Shown: positions 1 to 9,954, counted from the stretch's first letter. The stretch is 47,799 bases of DNA from Candidatus Parvarchaeum sp. (GCA_049965555.1 JBMFWF010000007.1:1-47799); one strand, 5' to 3'. Numbers and translations: made by a program. The notes: generated by a model from the sequence alone, not told the origin.

Positions 1-216
1 CATCAGGAATGCGGCAACGGCGAACATGACCGTAAACAGCGCAAATCCGATGCCAACTTCAAACGAATTCATGCCAAACGCCAGCCCCAGCGAGCCGATG
101 GATGTCTGGTAGAACTGCAGCAGGAACCTGCCAAAAAATGCAGCCACTATGATTAACCATTCAGCGCCGCTTATCACGCCAAAATCCAATCCAACCTTTT
201 TCCAGTTTGCTGCCAT
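1..216 (-). CDS. Membrane protein, probably MFS-type transporter (N-terminal part; runs off window)
   Basis: Manual translation from ATG at 216: MAANWKKVGLDFGVISGAEWLIIVAAFFGRFLLQFYQTSIGSLGLAFGMNSFEVGIGFALFTVMFAVAAFLM. Hydrophobic helices, open to position 1, divergent from a TetR gene. Confidence 0.6.
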   Translation of the reverse strand, partial: MAANWKKVGLDFGVISGAEWLIIVAAFFGRFLLQFYQTSIGSLGLAFGMNSFEVGIGFALFTVMFAVAAFLM

Positions 217-222
217 GGTTAA

Positions 223-269
223 CTTATTGGTCAATAAGGTATTTAAAGATATCGACTGACTATTCAGTC
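223..269. promoter_or_regulatory. Two palindromes, putative TetR operators, around a TTTAAA TATA-like box
   Basis: cttattg-gt-caataag (223-238) and gactga-ctat-tcagtc (254-269) lie between the divergent transporter and TetR genes. Confidence 0.55.
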
Positions 270-319
270 AATACTGACCAACCGATAAGTAGATATAGCT
301 GCATGTTAATAGTTTGCCC

Positions 320-676
320 ATGGACAAAGAAGAGGCAATACTGGATGCCGCTATAAAGGTATTTTCCAGGTACGGCTACCAGGAAGCAACCATCGACAGA
401 ATAGCAAAGAGGGCAAGGGTAAGCAAGGGGACTGTATTCTTCTATTATAAGAGCAAGGACGAGCTTGTGAAGAGGGCAGCACTCAGGTCTGTTCCAGTCG
501 AGGAAATTTCCAGTGTAAACAGGAGGAGCCATGACAGCGCCAGGGACCTTTTGACCGATTTCGGCATGTCGTTATTCGGATGCCTTAATACAAATTGCTT
601 TAACTCGTTTGCATACCAAACTATAGGGATAACTCTTTGTCCTGTCTTCCCATGGACGTATAGCTTGGCCCCATAA
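320..676 (+). pseudogene. TetR/AcrR family regulator, truncated at about 570 and running into antisense integrase sequence
   Basis: HTH ILDAAIKVFSRYGYQEATIDRIAKRARVSKGTVFFYYKSKDEL. After ...LLTDFGMS the DNA is the reverse strand of the integrase. Confidence 0.75.
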
Positions 677-1215
677 GAATTGAACTCAACATTTTGAATT
701 TTCAGATCCAATATCTCTGATATCCTAGCACCAGTCTCATAAAGCAATTCGATTATAAGTTTCATCTGTGGATTGACAGTGTTATCAAGGATTCTTTGAT
801 ATTCTTCCGGAGTTATAAGATATTCTGGCATTAAACTATTCTTAGGTTTGATAGGTTTAATTAAATCAAGATCTATGTGAATGTTATACGTTTTGTTTAG
901 CCATCTTAAAAAATTCTTAAGTACTGCCACATTAGAATTCTTGGTCCAGTCTTTCCATTTACTATTTGTATTAATAGAGATTATTATGTCCTGAACTTTG
1001 TCTTCGTTGATTGTCCTAATATCATAATTAACGCTGGTAAAGAGGGGTTTCAATGCCACACATAGTCTGTTCAACCTATTAAAAGTTAATCCCTGTCCCT
1101 GCTTAAATTTCAAAAACTCTAAAAGAATAGATTTATTCTTGTTAAGAATTTTATTGCTGTCTGTTATGCCTTTTATTTGATTCTCAAATATCCTTTTCCT
1201 TTGCTCGTCTTCCAT
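445..1215 (-). pseudogene. Tyrosine recombinase/integrase, C-terminally truncated (native sequence ends at about 565)
   Basis: LLYETGARISE (catalytic Arg) and GKTGQR (Lys) present; no HxxR or catalytic Tyr. GAGGTG SD precedes ATG at 1215. Lies directly downstream of tRNA-Asn. Confidence 0.8.
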
Positions 1216-1276
1216 GTGTAACACCTCACTTTAAAATGTATTTAAAGACGACAAAGGATATGAACTAAAACCAATT

Positions 1277-1348
1277 CGCCCGGGGCAGGATTCGAACCTG
1301 CAACGCCTTGGTTAACAGCCAAGTGCTCTGCCGTTGAGCTACTCGGGC
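1277..1348 (-). tRNA. tRNA-Asn(GTT), CCA not encoded
   Basis: GCCCGAGTAGCTCAACGGCAGAGCACTTGGCT-GTT-AACCAAGGCGTTGCAGGTTCGAATCCTGCCCCGGGCG folds as a cloverleaf. Confidence 0.95.
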
Positions 1349-1349
1349 A

Positions 1350-2546
1350 TCAATTAATAAATATTGATTTGGGAGACATATATTCTTTTATTTTAAGCAA
1401 TATAAATTTATTGAAATCTTTAACATTATATTTTTTATCATAGCAAACATGTTTTCCAGTGATAAAAACTCCTTTGTGTGCCTTAATAAAATTTTTAAGT
1501 ATCTCGATATCAGAAAAGACATCTGGGCCACAAAATGCTTTGGTTTTCGTTTTAGGCACGTTTTTTATTTGAATAAACAAGTCTGCTCTTTTTTCATTGT
1601 AATTAACATCAAATGAGTATATTTCTATGTCCTCCGACTTAAGTTCTTTTATCAGCTTGTCTAGATTCTTTACATACTTTGAGAGGAAAACATCCCTTGG
1701 TTCGATTATCTTAGTTGTAAAGACAAATAATTTTGTTCCACGAGATTTAACCTCTTTCAAGACTTTTTCTCTAATGTCCTTTTTCACAAAGAAATCAAAA
1801 GAAGGAGAAAGGTAAAAACGTTTTATAGAAAGGACAAACTTGGATAGATTTTCTTCATTCACTGAAGCGCATATATTTCTTTTTGGATTAGTTGGATCCA
1901 AAAGAAAAATCGGAAAACTTGTTTTATCCGGAGCTTTGCCGATACTGACAGGCATTTTCCAGGAGTTGACTGCTTTAATTAAACCAATAAAACTCCCAAA
2001 CTCCTTTATCATTACTTCCAGTGAATAACCAGAAAAGCCATGCATGTAAGTTTCTGAGCCGTAACAGTTATTCGCCTTGCAAAAGGCCTTTAATATTATG
2101 ACATCTTTTTTCTGCGAACTTGACAAAAATGAATTTATATAATTTGCATGGAGGACTGATAGATCTATAGAATTTTTCACTGAGTTAACGTCGGAAAAGC
2201 GAAGTACAGGTACAACTTCTATCTTTATCCCATTAAAAACGCCTCTAAAGTATTTCCTCGTGCCAAAAGTGGGGATAAAATTCTTTGGAACCAAAAAAGA
2301 TAAAGCTTTCATTTCATCTTCAGAATTAAAAACAGCGAATATGTCTATGTCACTTTCCTTCTTTATCCAGGTCCCTTTTGCATAGGAACCGCCAAATCTG
2401 AACTCAACGTTTACTCCATTATGAGTTGCATTTTTATTCAATAAATCCATTAATTCCTCTGCGTCTCTATCAAGTTTGGCCTTCTCTTTTTCTGATGGTA
2501 CGAATACAGAATATGCCCTATCAAATACTTTTTTAAACTTATCCAT
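1350..2546 (-). CDS. cca: Archaeal class I CCA-adding enzyme
   Basis: GGSYAKGTW..SDIDIF; YGSE...GFSGYSLE; DPTNPKRN. Confidence 0.93.
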   Translation of the reverse strand: MDKFKKVFDRAYSVFVPSEKEKAKLDRDAEELMDLLNKNATHNGVNVEFRFGGSYAKGTWIKKESDIDIFAVFNSEDEMKALSFLVPKNFIPTFGTRKYFRGVFNGIKIEVVPVLRFSDVNSVKNSIDLSVLHANYINSFLSSSQKKDVIILKAFCKANNCYGSETYMHGFSGYSLEVMIKEFGSFIGLIKAVNSWKMPVSIGKAPDKTSFPIFLLDPTNPKRNICASVNEENLSKFVLSIKRFYLSPSFDFFVKKDIREKVLKEVKSRGTKLFVFTTKIIEPRDVFLSKYVKNLDKLIKELKSEDIEIYSFDVNYNEKRADLFIQIKNVPKTKTKAFCGPDVFSDIEILKNFIKAHKGVFITGKHVCYDKKYNVKDFNKFILLKIKEYMSPKSIFIN

Positions 2547-2617
2547 AGCAATATATCATTTGAAAGGTATTAATAAATTATATAGTGCATAAACTTATCA
2601 AAGAATAAAACATTGAA

Positions 2618-5317
2618 ATGGAAAACATATCGGCAAAATTAGAGAAGGCTCTGAAAGAAGTCGGATTTACAGACCTTACAGAGATACAAAAGATAGTTAT
2701 ACCTAAGATTAAAGAGGGGAAAAACATCATATTCAGAGCACCCACCGGCTATGGAAAAACTCTTGCAGCGTTTTTACCTTTGCTTGATAAATTGAATCCA
2801 GAATCAGATGGCATACAACTTCTGTATATAACACCTTTAAAGTCACTTAACCGAGATATATTCAAAAATATCATAATGATAAGCAATAAAATGGGGATAG
2901 AAGTTGACATAAGACATGGAGATACCACAGCTTATGAAAGAGCAAATCAAGCAAGGATGCCGCCGCATTGCCTTATAACCACCCCTGAGACTATTCAATC
3001 GATATTGCTTAGCAAAAAATTAGTTGAAAGCCTAAAGAACCTTAGATATGTCATTGTAGACGAAGTACAGAGCCTCATGGAATCCAAGAGAGGAACGCAA
3101 TTTTCAGTTGGTCTTGAAAGACTTCGTAGAATTTCAAAATTTCAGATTGTTGGCATAAGTGCAACAATAGCCGATTTTAAGGAAACTAAGGAATACTTAT
3201 CAGCTGAAGAAAGCGTTGAATTCCCAGGCGACAAAAAATATGACATCGAAGTTGCTTATCCAAGCTTTAACAGTGAAGACGAAGAAGTAGCTTCAAAGGA
3301 GAATGTTAGCAAACTTGTTGCAAACTCTTTAAGGTATATAAGCGATGAAATAAAAAAATCAAAATCAACAATAATATTTACTAATACCCGAGAAACGGCT
3401 GAACTCTTAGGGTCCAGATTAAGCAAATTTCTAAAAGATAAGAAGATGGAAGTGCACCATAGCTCACTATCAAAGGAGGTTAGAACAGAAATAGAAAATG
3501 CGTTTAAAGTAGGAGAGATCGACTTGATGATAGCTACAAGTTCTTTAGAACTTGGTATAGACATAGGAAATGTGGATCTAGTAATACAGTATATGTCTCC
3601 AAGACAGGTAGTGAAGCTTATACAAAGGGTGGGGAGATCTAACCATAACCAAATGGGCATAGCAAAGGGAAAGCTTGTTACAATAAATATAGATGATTAT
3701 TTGGAAAGCAAGGCAATAGATAATTGCAGATTAAAAGGAAAGTTAGAAGTCATTTCGCTGCCGAAAGGCAGTCTGGACATACTTGCACACCAGATAGTTG
3801 GTTTGATAATAGATGGCGTACAAAAAAAGGAAGAGATATTCCAGATAATAAAAAAGAGCTATGCATACAAAGAACTTAAAAAAGAGAAGTTTGAAGAAGT
3901 GGTTGATTTTCTCATAAAACATTACATGATTAGATATTATGGAGAAGGGCTTATAAGAACAAGAAAAGGCCTGCTTTTTTATATAAACAACATCTCCTCG
4001 ATACCTGACAGGAAAAGCTACATTGTGATAGACAGTCAGCTAAACAAAAAGATAGGGGTATTGGATGAAGAATTCGTAGCAGAAAACGGTAAGGCAGGAA
4101 ACAATTTTATAATGCGCGGAGAAAATTGGAAAATAATAAAAGTAGAGGGTCAGAAGATTGAGGTAGTAAGAACAAACAGCAGTATAGGAGCTATACCTGC
4201 ATGGGAAGGCGAATTGATGCCGGTTTATAGGTTCGTAGCTGAAGAAGCTGCAGAATTGAGGAATGAATATTCGGAAAAGTTTTCGGTTTTAAAGGAACAG
4301 AAAGAAAATTTTGTGATCCCTAATTCAAAAAAAATAGTTATAGAAAAAGTGGAAGATTATGTTATAATACATTCAACTTTCGGTAGCATGACAAATGAAG
4401 CAATTGCAAAGGCCATTACTTCTAATATAACGGAAATAACCGGTGAAAGCGTTGTAAGTAAAATCGACCCGTACAGGATAATGATAAAAACTTTGATTCC
4501 GGGGGAAAAAATAAAGGATATTCTTGTAAACTTAAATGACATCGAACATAAGATAAAAGAAAGCATAAAAAGAACCTCTTTGTATGAATATCGGTTCCTT
4601 AACATAGCAAAAAGGTTCGGTGTTATAAACAAGTATGCGGATTTTACAAAGATACGGCTAAGGAGCCTTGTAGAATTGTATGATAATAGCGTGCTGGAAG
4701 AAGAAACATTTAATGAAATTTTTTCAAGCAAAATAGACATAAAATCAGCTGAGGATGTGCTTATTAGAATAAAAAACGGAAGGATAGACGTTATTGTAAA
4801 TAATGGAGAAGCCTCGCCGCTTACTTATGAAGGACTGGAAAGCAGTTACGGAGGGTCTATAATTAAACCGGATGAAGCAAAAAAGGTTCTTAGACAGCTA
4901 GTCCTCGAAAGAATAGAAAATACAGAAATATTCATGCAGTGTATGAACTGTGGGTACAAAATAGGTAATATTCTTGTAAAAGATACGGAGGGGATAAAAT
5001 GCCCAAGGTGTAAGGCGAGATACATTGGATTCTATAAAATAAGGCAAAAAGATATCTATGAAAAAGTGTTAAAGAAGGCACTTAAAAACAAGAAATTAAG
5101 CAAAGATGAGCGACTTCTTTTCGAAAGCGTTAAACAGAATGGAGCGTTGTACCTGGGATATGACAAGAAAGCATGTATTGTAAGCTCCGCTTACGGCATA
5201 GGTGCAAAGACAGCTAGCAGGATTTTATCCTCCTATAGCAAAAATGAAGATGAACTTATAGACAAGATAATTGAAGCAGAGAAAAACTACATAGAAACTA
5301 AAGAGTTTTGGTCTTGA
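2618..5317 (+). CDS. lhr: Lhr-family DEAD/H ATP-dependent helicase with C-terminal Cys motif
   Basis: APTGYGKT, TTPE, DEVQ, SAT, HHSSL, SSLELGIDIG, QRVGRS, IPAWEGE; CMNC..CPRC near the C-terminus. Confidence 0.92.
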   Translation: MENISAKLEKALKEVGFTDLTEIQKIVIPKIKEGKNIIFRAPTGYGKTLAAFLPLLDKLNPESDGIQLLYITPLKSLNRDIFKNIIMISNKMGIEVDIRHGDTTAYERANQARMPPHCLITTPETIQSILLSKKLVESLKNLRYVIVDEVQSLMESKRGTQFSVGLERLRRISKFQIVGISATIADFKETKEYLSAEESVEFPGDKKYDIEVAYPSFNSEDEEVASKENVSKLVANSLRYISDEIKKSKSTIIFTNTRETAELLGSRLSKFLKDKKMEVHHSSLSKEVRTEIENAFKVGEIDLMIATSSLELGIDIGNVDLVIQYMSPRQVVKLIQRVGRSNHNQMGIAKGKLVTINIDDYLESKAIDNCRLKGKLEVISLPKGSLDILAHQIVGLIIDGVQKKEEIFQIIKKSYAYKELKKEKFEEVVDFLIKHYMIRYYGEGLIRTRKGLLFYINNISSIPDRKSYIVIDSQLNKKIGVLDEEFVAENGKAGNNFIMRGENWKIIKVEGQKIEVVRTNSSIGAIPAWEGELMPVYRFVAEEAAELRNEYSEKFSVLKEQKENFVIPNSKKIVIEKVEDYVIIHSTFGSMTNEAIAKAITSNITEITGESVVSKIDPYRIMIKTLIPGEKIKDILVNLNDIEHKIKESIKRTSLYEYRFLNIAKRFGVINKYADFTKIRLRSLVELYDNSVLEEETFNEIFSSKIDIKSAEDVLIRIKNGRIDVIVNNGEASPLTYEGLESSYGGSIIKPDEAKKVLRQLVLERIENTEIFMQCMNCGYKIGNILVKDTEGIKCPRCKARYIGFYKIRQKDIYEKVLKKALKNKKLSKDERLLFESVKQNGALYLGYDKKACIVSSAYGIGAKTASRILSSYSKNEDELIDKIIEAEKNYIETKEFWS

Positions 5318-5320
5318 ACC

Positions 5321-6019
5321 TCATACAAAGATGTCATCTACATTGTGGTCTTTTCCGTGAGAAACGCATATTAAATCTGGCTGTAATTCCTTTATTTTGT
5401 TAATGCTGTTTATAAGAGAGATATAATCCTCAAAAAAAGGAGGTGTTTCCAGTCTTTTATCAGTTCCCTGTAATAGATCCCCAACTATTGCTGTTTTTGA
5501 ATCCATTAGAAATATAGATATGGAATCCTTTGTATGACCGGGCGTTTCGATTATTTTTGCATTTATACCCATCTCTTTCGGAAAAATCCCTTCTTTAAGT
5601 TTCATGTCAGGTTTTATGTACTTGGGTTTCATGAATTTGGCCATTATAGGCAGCAAGCGTACGAAAAATTTGTTCTTAAGTGATTTTGAGTTTGACACCG
5701 GCATTAAAAGGCCTTTAGTGCCATCAACATACTGTATGCCTTGTTCGCTTATTCCTATATGTGCATTGCTCATCTTCTGCAAAGCATAAGCACTCCCAAA
5801 ATGATCCATATGCGAATGTGTCAACAGGATATATTTTATATCACTGACTGATTTCCCTATGCTGTTTATGTATGCAATTATTTTCTTCTCACTATTTGGC
5901 AAACCGGTATCCACTAATATCAAGCCGTTTTTGGATTCTATAAGAAAAGCTTTAACATAACCTAAATTTATCTCATGTAACTGGTCGTTTATCTTTACCC
6001 CTAAACTTTTTTTAGCCAT
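5321..6019 (-). CDS. MBL-fold metallo-hydrolase
   Basis: THSHMDH, TPGHT, GD and SHG motifs. Confidence 0.9.
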   Translation of the reverse strand: MAKKSLGVKINDQLHEINLGYVKAFLIESKNGLILVDTGLPNSEKKIIAYINSIGKSVSDIKYILLTHSHMDHFGSAYALQKMSNAHIGISEQGIQYVDGTKGLLMPVSNSKSLKNKFFVRLLPIMAKFMKPKYIKPDMKLKEGIFPKEMGINAKIIETPGHTKDSISIFLMDSKTAIVGDLLQGTDKRLETPPFFEDYISLINSINKIKELQPDLICVSHGKDHNVDDIFV

Positions 6020-6066
6020 ACTTAAATAAAAATTTACATGAATAAATGTTTATTTATGGGATAAAA

Positions 6067-6129
6067 GCGCTCAGAAGCTACCCTAATCTTCATTGCAAAG
6101 CTCAGCAGGTGTTCATTTCGTCATTGCGC
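6067..6129 (-). ncRNA. Archaeal box C/D methylation-guide sRNA
   Basis: gcgc-a-ATGACGA(C)-aatgaacacctg-CTGA(D')-gctttgca-ATGAAGA(C')-ttagggtagctt-CTGA(D)-gcgc: two 12-nt guides and a terminal stem. Confidence 0.85.
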
Positions 6130-6132
6130 CGA

Positions 6133-6684
6133 CTAATTAAGATTTATCCTCGGAATTGTAGTTGAACTATTTGAAGAATTACTGGATGTAAAAAACGCCA
6201 GTATAAATGTAGAATTCGAGTTTATTGATGAAAGCTTCACGTTTGATGGCAGCAAAGGGATATTTGAGCCCTCTTGAATAAGGAACCAAGAAGTACCCAG
6301 GCTTGCATTTGCGCACAATGGCTCAATAAACTGCTTTGAAAACAAGCACTTTATATTTCCATTTGAGATATTATATGAAATGTTCTCCTGATTGAGCATG
6401 CTTTCTGTAAATTCTAACATATTCGATATGTTATCTGCAGAAAGAGTTGAAACAGGTACTGCAGAAGAAAAAGCAATTACATTGTCAGGCACACCCTGCT
6501 GCACTTGTATAGTATTACCAATATAGGATGAATTTGGGCTTAATACGCTTGAAGGTACAACGATATAGTAGCTTATCGGAGCAGAACTTGAAACGTGGGA
6601 AAAAGAAGAGAAGGCAAAAATAGACAAAATGAACACTATTCCTATAAACAATGCCGCTATCTGTTTTAACCTTTCATTTACCAT
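6133..6684 (-). CDS. Hypothetical membrane-anchored/secreted protein
   Basis: Basic N-terminus, a hydrophobic helix, then a Ser/Asn-rich domain. Confidence 0.7.
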   Translation of the reverse strand: MVNERLKQIAALFIGIVFILSIFAFSSFSHVSSSAPISYYIVVPSSVLSPNSSYIGNTIQVQQGVPDNVIAFSSAVPVSTLSADNISNMLEFTESMLNQENISYNISNGNIKCLFSKQFIEPLCANASLGTSWFLIQEGSNIPLLPSNVKLSSINSNSTFILAFFTSSNSSNSSTTIPRINLN

Positions 6685-6729
6685 AAGATTTATATTTGAC
6701 TTTATTTGAACCTATTTAATATAAAAGCT

Positions 6730-8082
6730 TTATTTTATTAAAGCGTAACCTATAAACGCTACTATAAGTATTATTATCAACCCTATCAAGAAAGGAATTG
6801 GAGAAAACGCAATCAAGGCCAAAAGAACGGCGAAAACAAAAAAGCCAAATAATGCTCTTGAATAATTTCTCTTCTTTGAATAAACATAGCCATAGCCGAA
6901 TGCAAAGAAAACAAATGCGGCTGCAAATGCAAGAGCGCTTATTATTATCAGTGAAAGATAGCTGAAAACTCCTGAATTAACTATAACAGGCGCAAATATA
7001 GTTATCAAAATGATTGGAACTGCTGCAGTTATAAGAAGCTTAAGATTTTCATCTTTTTGAAGAAACGAGGGCATCAAACCATCTCTTGAAACATCATCCA
7101 AAGTTCTATTTGAAGCATTAATTAAAGCAAATGCTGTTAATAAAATCACTATTACAGATAGTGCAACTATAACATACTCAATGCCTATTCCAAATGGTGC
7201 TGAGAGTATATTTGCAGTGAATATGTTAGCAGTAGGAACACTCAACAACATTGGGTAAATTAAATTACCAACTGCAGCGGAATTTTCTGAAACATAAACA
7301 AAAGTCTGAACTAAGCCGAAAAGGATTATAGCAGTTATGATTATTGCCAACAAAGCCTTTGCAACGTCTGTTCTCTTTTCGCCCTTGTAAACGATTGATG
7401 CTCCTTCAAAACCACCATACATCCACAGTAGTATAAGAAGACCGAATAAGAATAGTGGCGCGGAAACTGGCAGCCGATACGAAAGCTGTGCTCCAGCAGG
7501 AGCAGCCGTCTTACTTGATAAGAAGGCTATTACTCCAAGTGCTATAAGCAATATGATAAAGAATATCTTTAAAGCTCCAGCAAAATTTAAAGTTCTTCTT
7601 GCTTTATTGTAAAACATTAATATCCACATTATAACGAAAATTATATCCACTATTGCTATCGAAGTAAAAGGGCTTAATCCAAAGAAGAGGGAAAGCTCAC
7701 CTACGGAAGCTATCCCGGCTGCAGTTATCGTTATTATGAAAGAAACTAGTAGAAGAAATGCAAATATAAAAGAATACTCCTTTGTAACTGTATTTTTAAG
7801 AAAATTATAAGGATCATGATTGTGTGTTATGCTTATGTCATATATTAACATCCCAATCATAAGAGCGATGAAACCTGCACCAATTACAAGATATATTGAA
7901 AATGCCCCACCATAAAGCAACGCAACAAACAATGGGATGACCAATATTCCTAAACCTATTACTCCTGCCAAGCCATGCAGGTACAACTCTAAAAATGAAT
8001 GCAATTTCTCTTTCTTTTTAACGGTCTTTTTTACAGATTTACTACTGCTGACCTTAACCTTCCTTTTTGTTTTTCTCTGCAT
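6730..8082 (-). CDS. APC-family amino acid permease
   Basis: About 12 TM segments; GLAGVIGLGILV (TM1), MYGGFEG (TM6), SRDGLMP. Confidence 0.85.
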   Translation of the reverse strand: MQRKTKRKVKVSSSKSVKKTVKKKEKLHSFLELYLHGLAGVIGLGILVIPLFVALLYGGAFSIYLVIGAGFIALMIGMLIYDISITHNHDPYNFLKNTVTKEYSFIFAFLLLVSFIITITAAGIASVGELSLFFGLSPFTSIAIVDIIFVIMWILMFYNKARRTLNFAGALKIFFIILLIALGVIAFLSSKTAAPAGAQLSYRLPVSAPLFLFGLLILLWMYGGFEGASIVYKGEKRTDVAKALLAIIITAIILFGLVQTFVYVSENSAAVGNLIYPMLLSVPTANIFTANILSAPFGIGIEYVIVALSVIVILLTAFALINASNRTLDDVSRDGLMPSFLQKDENLKLLITAAVPIILITIFAPVIVNSGVFSYLSLIIISALAFAAAFVFFAFGYGYVYSKKRNYSRALFGFFVFAVLLALIAFSPIPFLIGLIIILIVAFIGYALIK

Positions 8083-8111
8083 ATTATAATAATAGTTATA
8101 TGCTATTTAAA

Positions 8112-9512
8112 TCATTTGTATTTGCTTTCTTTTTTACTTGAATCCGTCAACAGCACAAATTCGGCGTTTTTCCTGAATTCAGTTAAATTCTTAGAATTAA
8201 GGTAAGTCATTGACGACCTTAAACCGCCCATAAGGTTATTTACTATCTTAAGAACGCTGCCTTTGTAAGGTATTAAAGTTTCTGTTCCTTCTGGGGTATA
8301 ACCTTCAAGGTCCGCCGCTTCTTCCGTTTTTAATGATTTGTCTGAAAAAGCATTTATTGACGCCATCCCCCTGTAAAATTTGTAATTTGCATTCTCCTTT
8401 GTTATTACGACTCCTGGACTTTCATCTGTCCCTGCAAATAAGCCGCCAATCATTGCAGCATCTGCACCTGCAGCTATTGCCTTTGCGAAATCTGCTGACT
8501 TGTTAATCCCCCCGTCTGCGATTATATTTACACCGTTTCCTGCGCATTCGAGTATAGCACTTAATTGAGGATAGCCAACACCTGCCACCGGGCGGGTAAG
8601 ACACGCTCCTCCAGGGCCTATGCCTACCTTTACGCAATCAGCCCCTGCCTTTTTAAGGTTCAATACCCCTTCTTTAGTAGCAACGTTTCCTGCGACTATG
8701 CTTACTCCTAGCTTCTTAACCTCCTTTACAACTTTTGCAGTCTTCTCCAAGTAGCCGTTAGCCACGTCAACTACTATGAAATCTGCATCCGCTTCGACTA
8801 GGGCCTTTGCCCTCTCCAAATAATCGCTCCCTATGCCTATGGAACCTCCAACGATTAATCTGCCATTTCTATCCTTCGATGCCTTTGAATAACCATCCAA
8901 AAGCTTCACATCTTTTGAAGTTATCATTCCAGTCAAGTTGCCTTCCTTGTCTACTAATGGCAGCTTCTCTATCTTGTTTTTGTACATTAGTTTCTTTGCT
9001 TCTTCTAAAGAAATTCCTTTATGAGAGGTTATAACATCCTTAGTCATGAGTTCGCTTACCTTCTTGTTCATGTCATCTTCAAACTCAAAATCCCTTCTGG
9101 TTATTATTCCCACAAGTTTGCCATTTTCGACAACTGGAAAGCTTGTAACCTTCTTTTCGTTTACCATCTCTCTTACCTTTCCTATTGTGAAATCCTTGCT
9201 TACAACATAAGGCTTTTCTATAACTATGTTCTGCTCCCGCTTTACTCTGGTTATCTCAAGAACTTCATTTTCTATTGAATTAAAACGATGTATTATACCT
9301 ACTCCCCCTATCTTCGCCATGGCTATCGCCATTGCATGCTCTGTAACTGTATCCATGTTTGAACTTACTAGAGGGATACTGATTTTTATTTTGTCAGAGA
9401 GGTAGGTAGACGTGTCGACTTGCCACCTTGAATTTACAGAAGAAACTCTGGGGATGAGCAAAACATCATCAAATGTAAACTTATCTTTAATGAGCTTCAT
9501 ACCAGATATCAT
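8112..9512 (-). CDS. IMPDH/GMPR-family oxidoreductase with CBS pair; signatures favour GMP reductase
   Basis: [41 protein letters not shown]; no Arg-Tyr flap dyad. Confidence 0.85.
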   Translation of the reverse strand: MISGMKLIKDKFTFDDVLLIPRVSSVNSRWQVDTSTYLSDKIKISIPLVSSNMDTVTEHAMAIAMAKIGGVGIIHRFNSIENEVLEITRVKREQNIVIEKPYVVSKDFTIGKVREMVNEKKVTSFPVVENGKLVGIITRRDFEFEDDMNKKVSELMTKDVITSHKGISLEEAKKLMYKNKIEKLPLVDKEGNLTGMITSKDVKLLDGYSKASKDRNGRLIVGGSIGIGSDYLERAKALVEADADFIVVDVANGYLEKTAKVVKEVKKLGVSIVAGNVATKEGVLNLKKAGADCVKVGIGPGGACLTRPVAGVGYPQLSAILECAGNGVNIIADGGINKSADFAKAIAAGADAAMIGGLFAGTDESPGVVITKENANYKFYRGMASINAFSDKSLKTEEAADLEGYTPEGTETLIPYKGSVLKIVNNLMGGLRSSMTYLNSKNLTEFRKNAEFVLLTDSSKKESKYK

Positions 9513-9555
9513 TATAGTTTTCCTGAATTATAAAGGTTTACCTGCCAACAAGGGA

Positions 9556-9954
9556 TTATTTAAATATTGAAATTAACTTTTTTACTTTTTTTAAATCTGA
9601 AATTGCATTTATTATATCTACTTGTGTTATGTTGAAATATCTGTGAGCTATTACGTTTCTTATATTAACAAGCCTTTTAAATGCCTTTGATTCGCTTTCA
9701 TTTATTATATTTCTTTGCTGCAGCAAATCAAACATATCTGAATATGTTGAAGGGTAACCAAAGGAATTCGAGCTTATAATCTCATTAGCCAAATCTATGT
9801 ATGAATTTACTATTGAGAATATGAGCATTGAAGCGCCATAAAACTCAATCTTACTAATAGATTTTTGTCCTTTGAGTTTAATGCCCTCTAAATCAATAGA
9901 ATATTTTTCTATGTCCGATATAACTTTTCCGACTTTTACTTTATCAAATTTCAT
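9556..9954 (-). CDS. HEPN (DUF86/HepT) RNase toxin
   Basis: RNVIAHRY (RX4HXY); overlaps the upstream MNT gene. Confidence 0.88.
   Translation of the reverse strand: MKFDKVKVGKVISDIEKYSIDLEGIKLKGQKSISKIEFYGASMLIFSIVNSYIDLANEIISSNSFGYPSTYSDMFDLLQQRNIINESESKAFKRLVNIRNVIAHRYFNITQVDIINAISDLKKVKKLISIFK

Noticed and set aside
491-526. gttccagt / ttccagtgtaaacaggagg resembles an archaeal ORB origin box
   Set aside because: Inside TetR coding sequence, with no cdc6/orc1 gene or AT-rich unwinding element nearby.
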